Position numbers and translations under genes: made by a program
Notes under the pieces: model-generated
Databases searched by the model: none
What the model saw: the letters and a program-made list of their open reading frames with translations, nothing else
Told to the model about the DNA's origin: nothing
Shown here: piece after piece, positions 63,513 through 64,000 of the stretch
How positions within the stretch are numbered: position 1 is the stretch's first letter
How the letters are laid out: the number at the start of each line of letters is the position of its first letter
Source: Anaeromyxobacteraceae bacterium
Lineage (GTDB): Bacteria; Myxococcota; Myxococcia; Myxococcales; Anaeromyxobacteraceae
NCBI GenBank assembly: GCA_047602405.1
Contig: JASGHJ010000001.1
Coordinates: 2,112,001-2,176,000 of the forward strand
Direction: 5' to 3'
Length of the DNA: 64,000 nucleotides

Positions 63513-63592
63513 ATCCGGGGTCCCGGGCCCCCCCCGGTCCGCGCTCCGGACCGCCCCTCCGGTCCGGTCACAAGGCCATGCAGGCGGAACCC

Positions 63593-63621
63593 TTGCTGAT
63601 TTCGGAGGGTTGGTCTAGGCT
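63593..63621 (+). promoter_or_regulatory. Possible sigma70 promoter of the HU/IHF gene
   Basis: TTGCTG-17 nt-TAGGCT. Confidence 0.4.
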
Positions 63622-63691
63622 CTCTCGGTCGACGGCTTCTTCCTTTTCGAGGGCCAAGGGCCCCCCGCGCCACGGGCGAAACGGAGTCGTG

Positions 63692-64000
63692 ATGCTGAAG
63701 TCGGATCTCATCAACATCCTCGTCGTGAAGCGCGGCGTGACGCAGAAGCAGGCCGAGGCCACGATCGAGACGATCTTCGACTCGATGCGCGACGCCCTCT
63801 GCCGCGGCGAGAACATCGAGATCCGCGGGCTGGGCGCCTTCCACGTGAAGAAGTACGAGGGGTACCAGGGCCGTAACCCCAAGACCGGAGAGGTGATTCC
63901 GGTGAAGCCGAAGCGCGGCATCCTGTTCCGCACGGGCAAGGAGCTGCGCGACCGCGTGAACCGCCCCGAGGGCGGCGACGACGGCACGAACGGCGGGCAG
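63692..64000 (+). CDS. HU/IHF family DNA-binding protein (IHF beta-like), stop beyond window
   Basis: MLKSDLI...IEIRGLGAF...GRNPKTGE...GKELRDRVN; absent from ORF track because truncated. Confidence 0.92.
   Translation, partial: MLKSDLINILVVKRGVTQKQAEATIETIFDSMRDALCRGENIEIRGLGAFHVKKYEGYQGRNPKTGEVIPVKPKRGILFRTGKELRDRVNRPEGGDDGTNGGQ

Overview
Very GC-rich chromosomal window whose gene content and order suggest a Myxococcota genome (Anaeromyxobacter-like; inference). It is mostly core genes: tolA(5' end)-tolR-tolQ, murI, a RomY-like gene, ftsEX-envC-ctpA, a GT2 glycosyltransferase, ftsY, smc, an MCP, a type II secretion operon gspC-N with a sigma54 promoter and neighbouring enhancer-binding protein, rpmE, rho, a type IV pilin, ligA, acylphosphatase, a radical SAM fusion, RNase E/G, YihY and HU/IHF. 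An ~11 kb accessory block of secreted and lipoprotein genes lies between smc and ftsY. The most unusual locus is 54832-56452: two tail-to-tail copies of a cassette made of a tandem repeat, a conserved ~220-nt leader containing a ~138-nt hairpin that covers the RBS, and a four-helix-bundle (23S rRNA IVP/Avd-like) gene. The non-coding leaders are much more similar to each other than the proteins are. Two families of short palindromic repeats also occur in frame inside ligA, rne and gspI. There is a probable frameshift in a beta-propeller lipoprotein and a probable lost stop codon in gspM. No rRNA, tRNA, CRISPR array, transposase or reverse transcriptase was seen. All identities and alignments are by eye.
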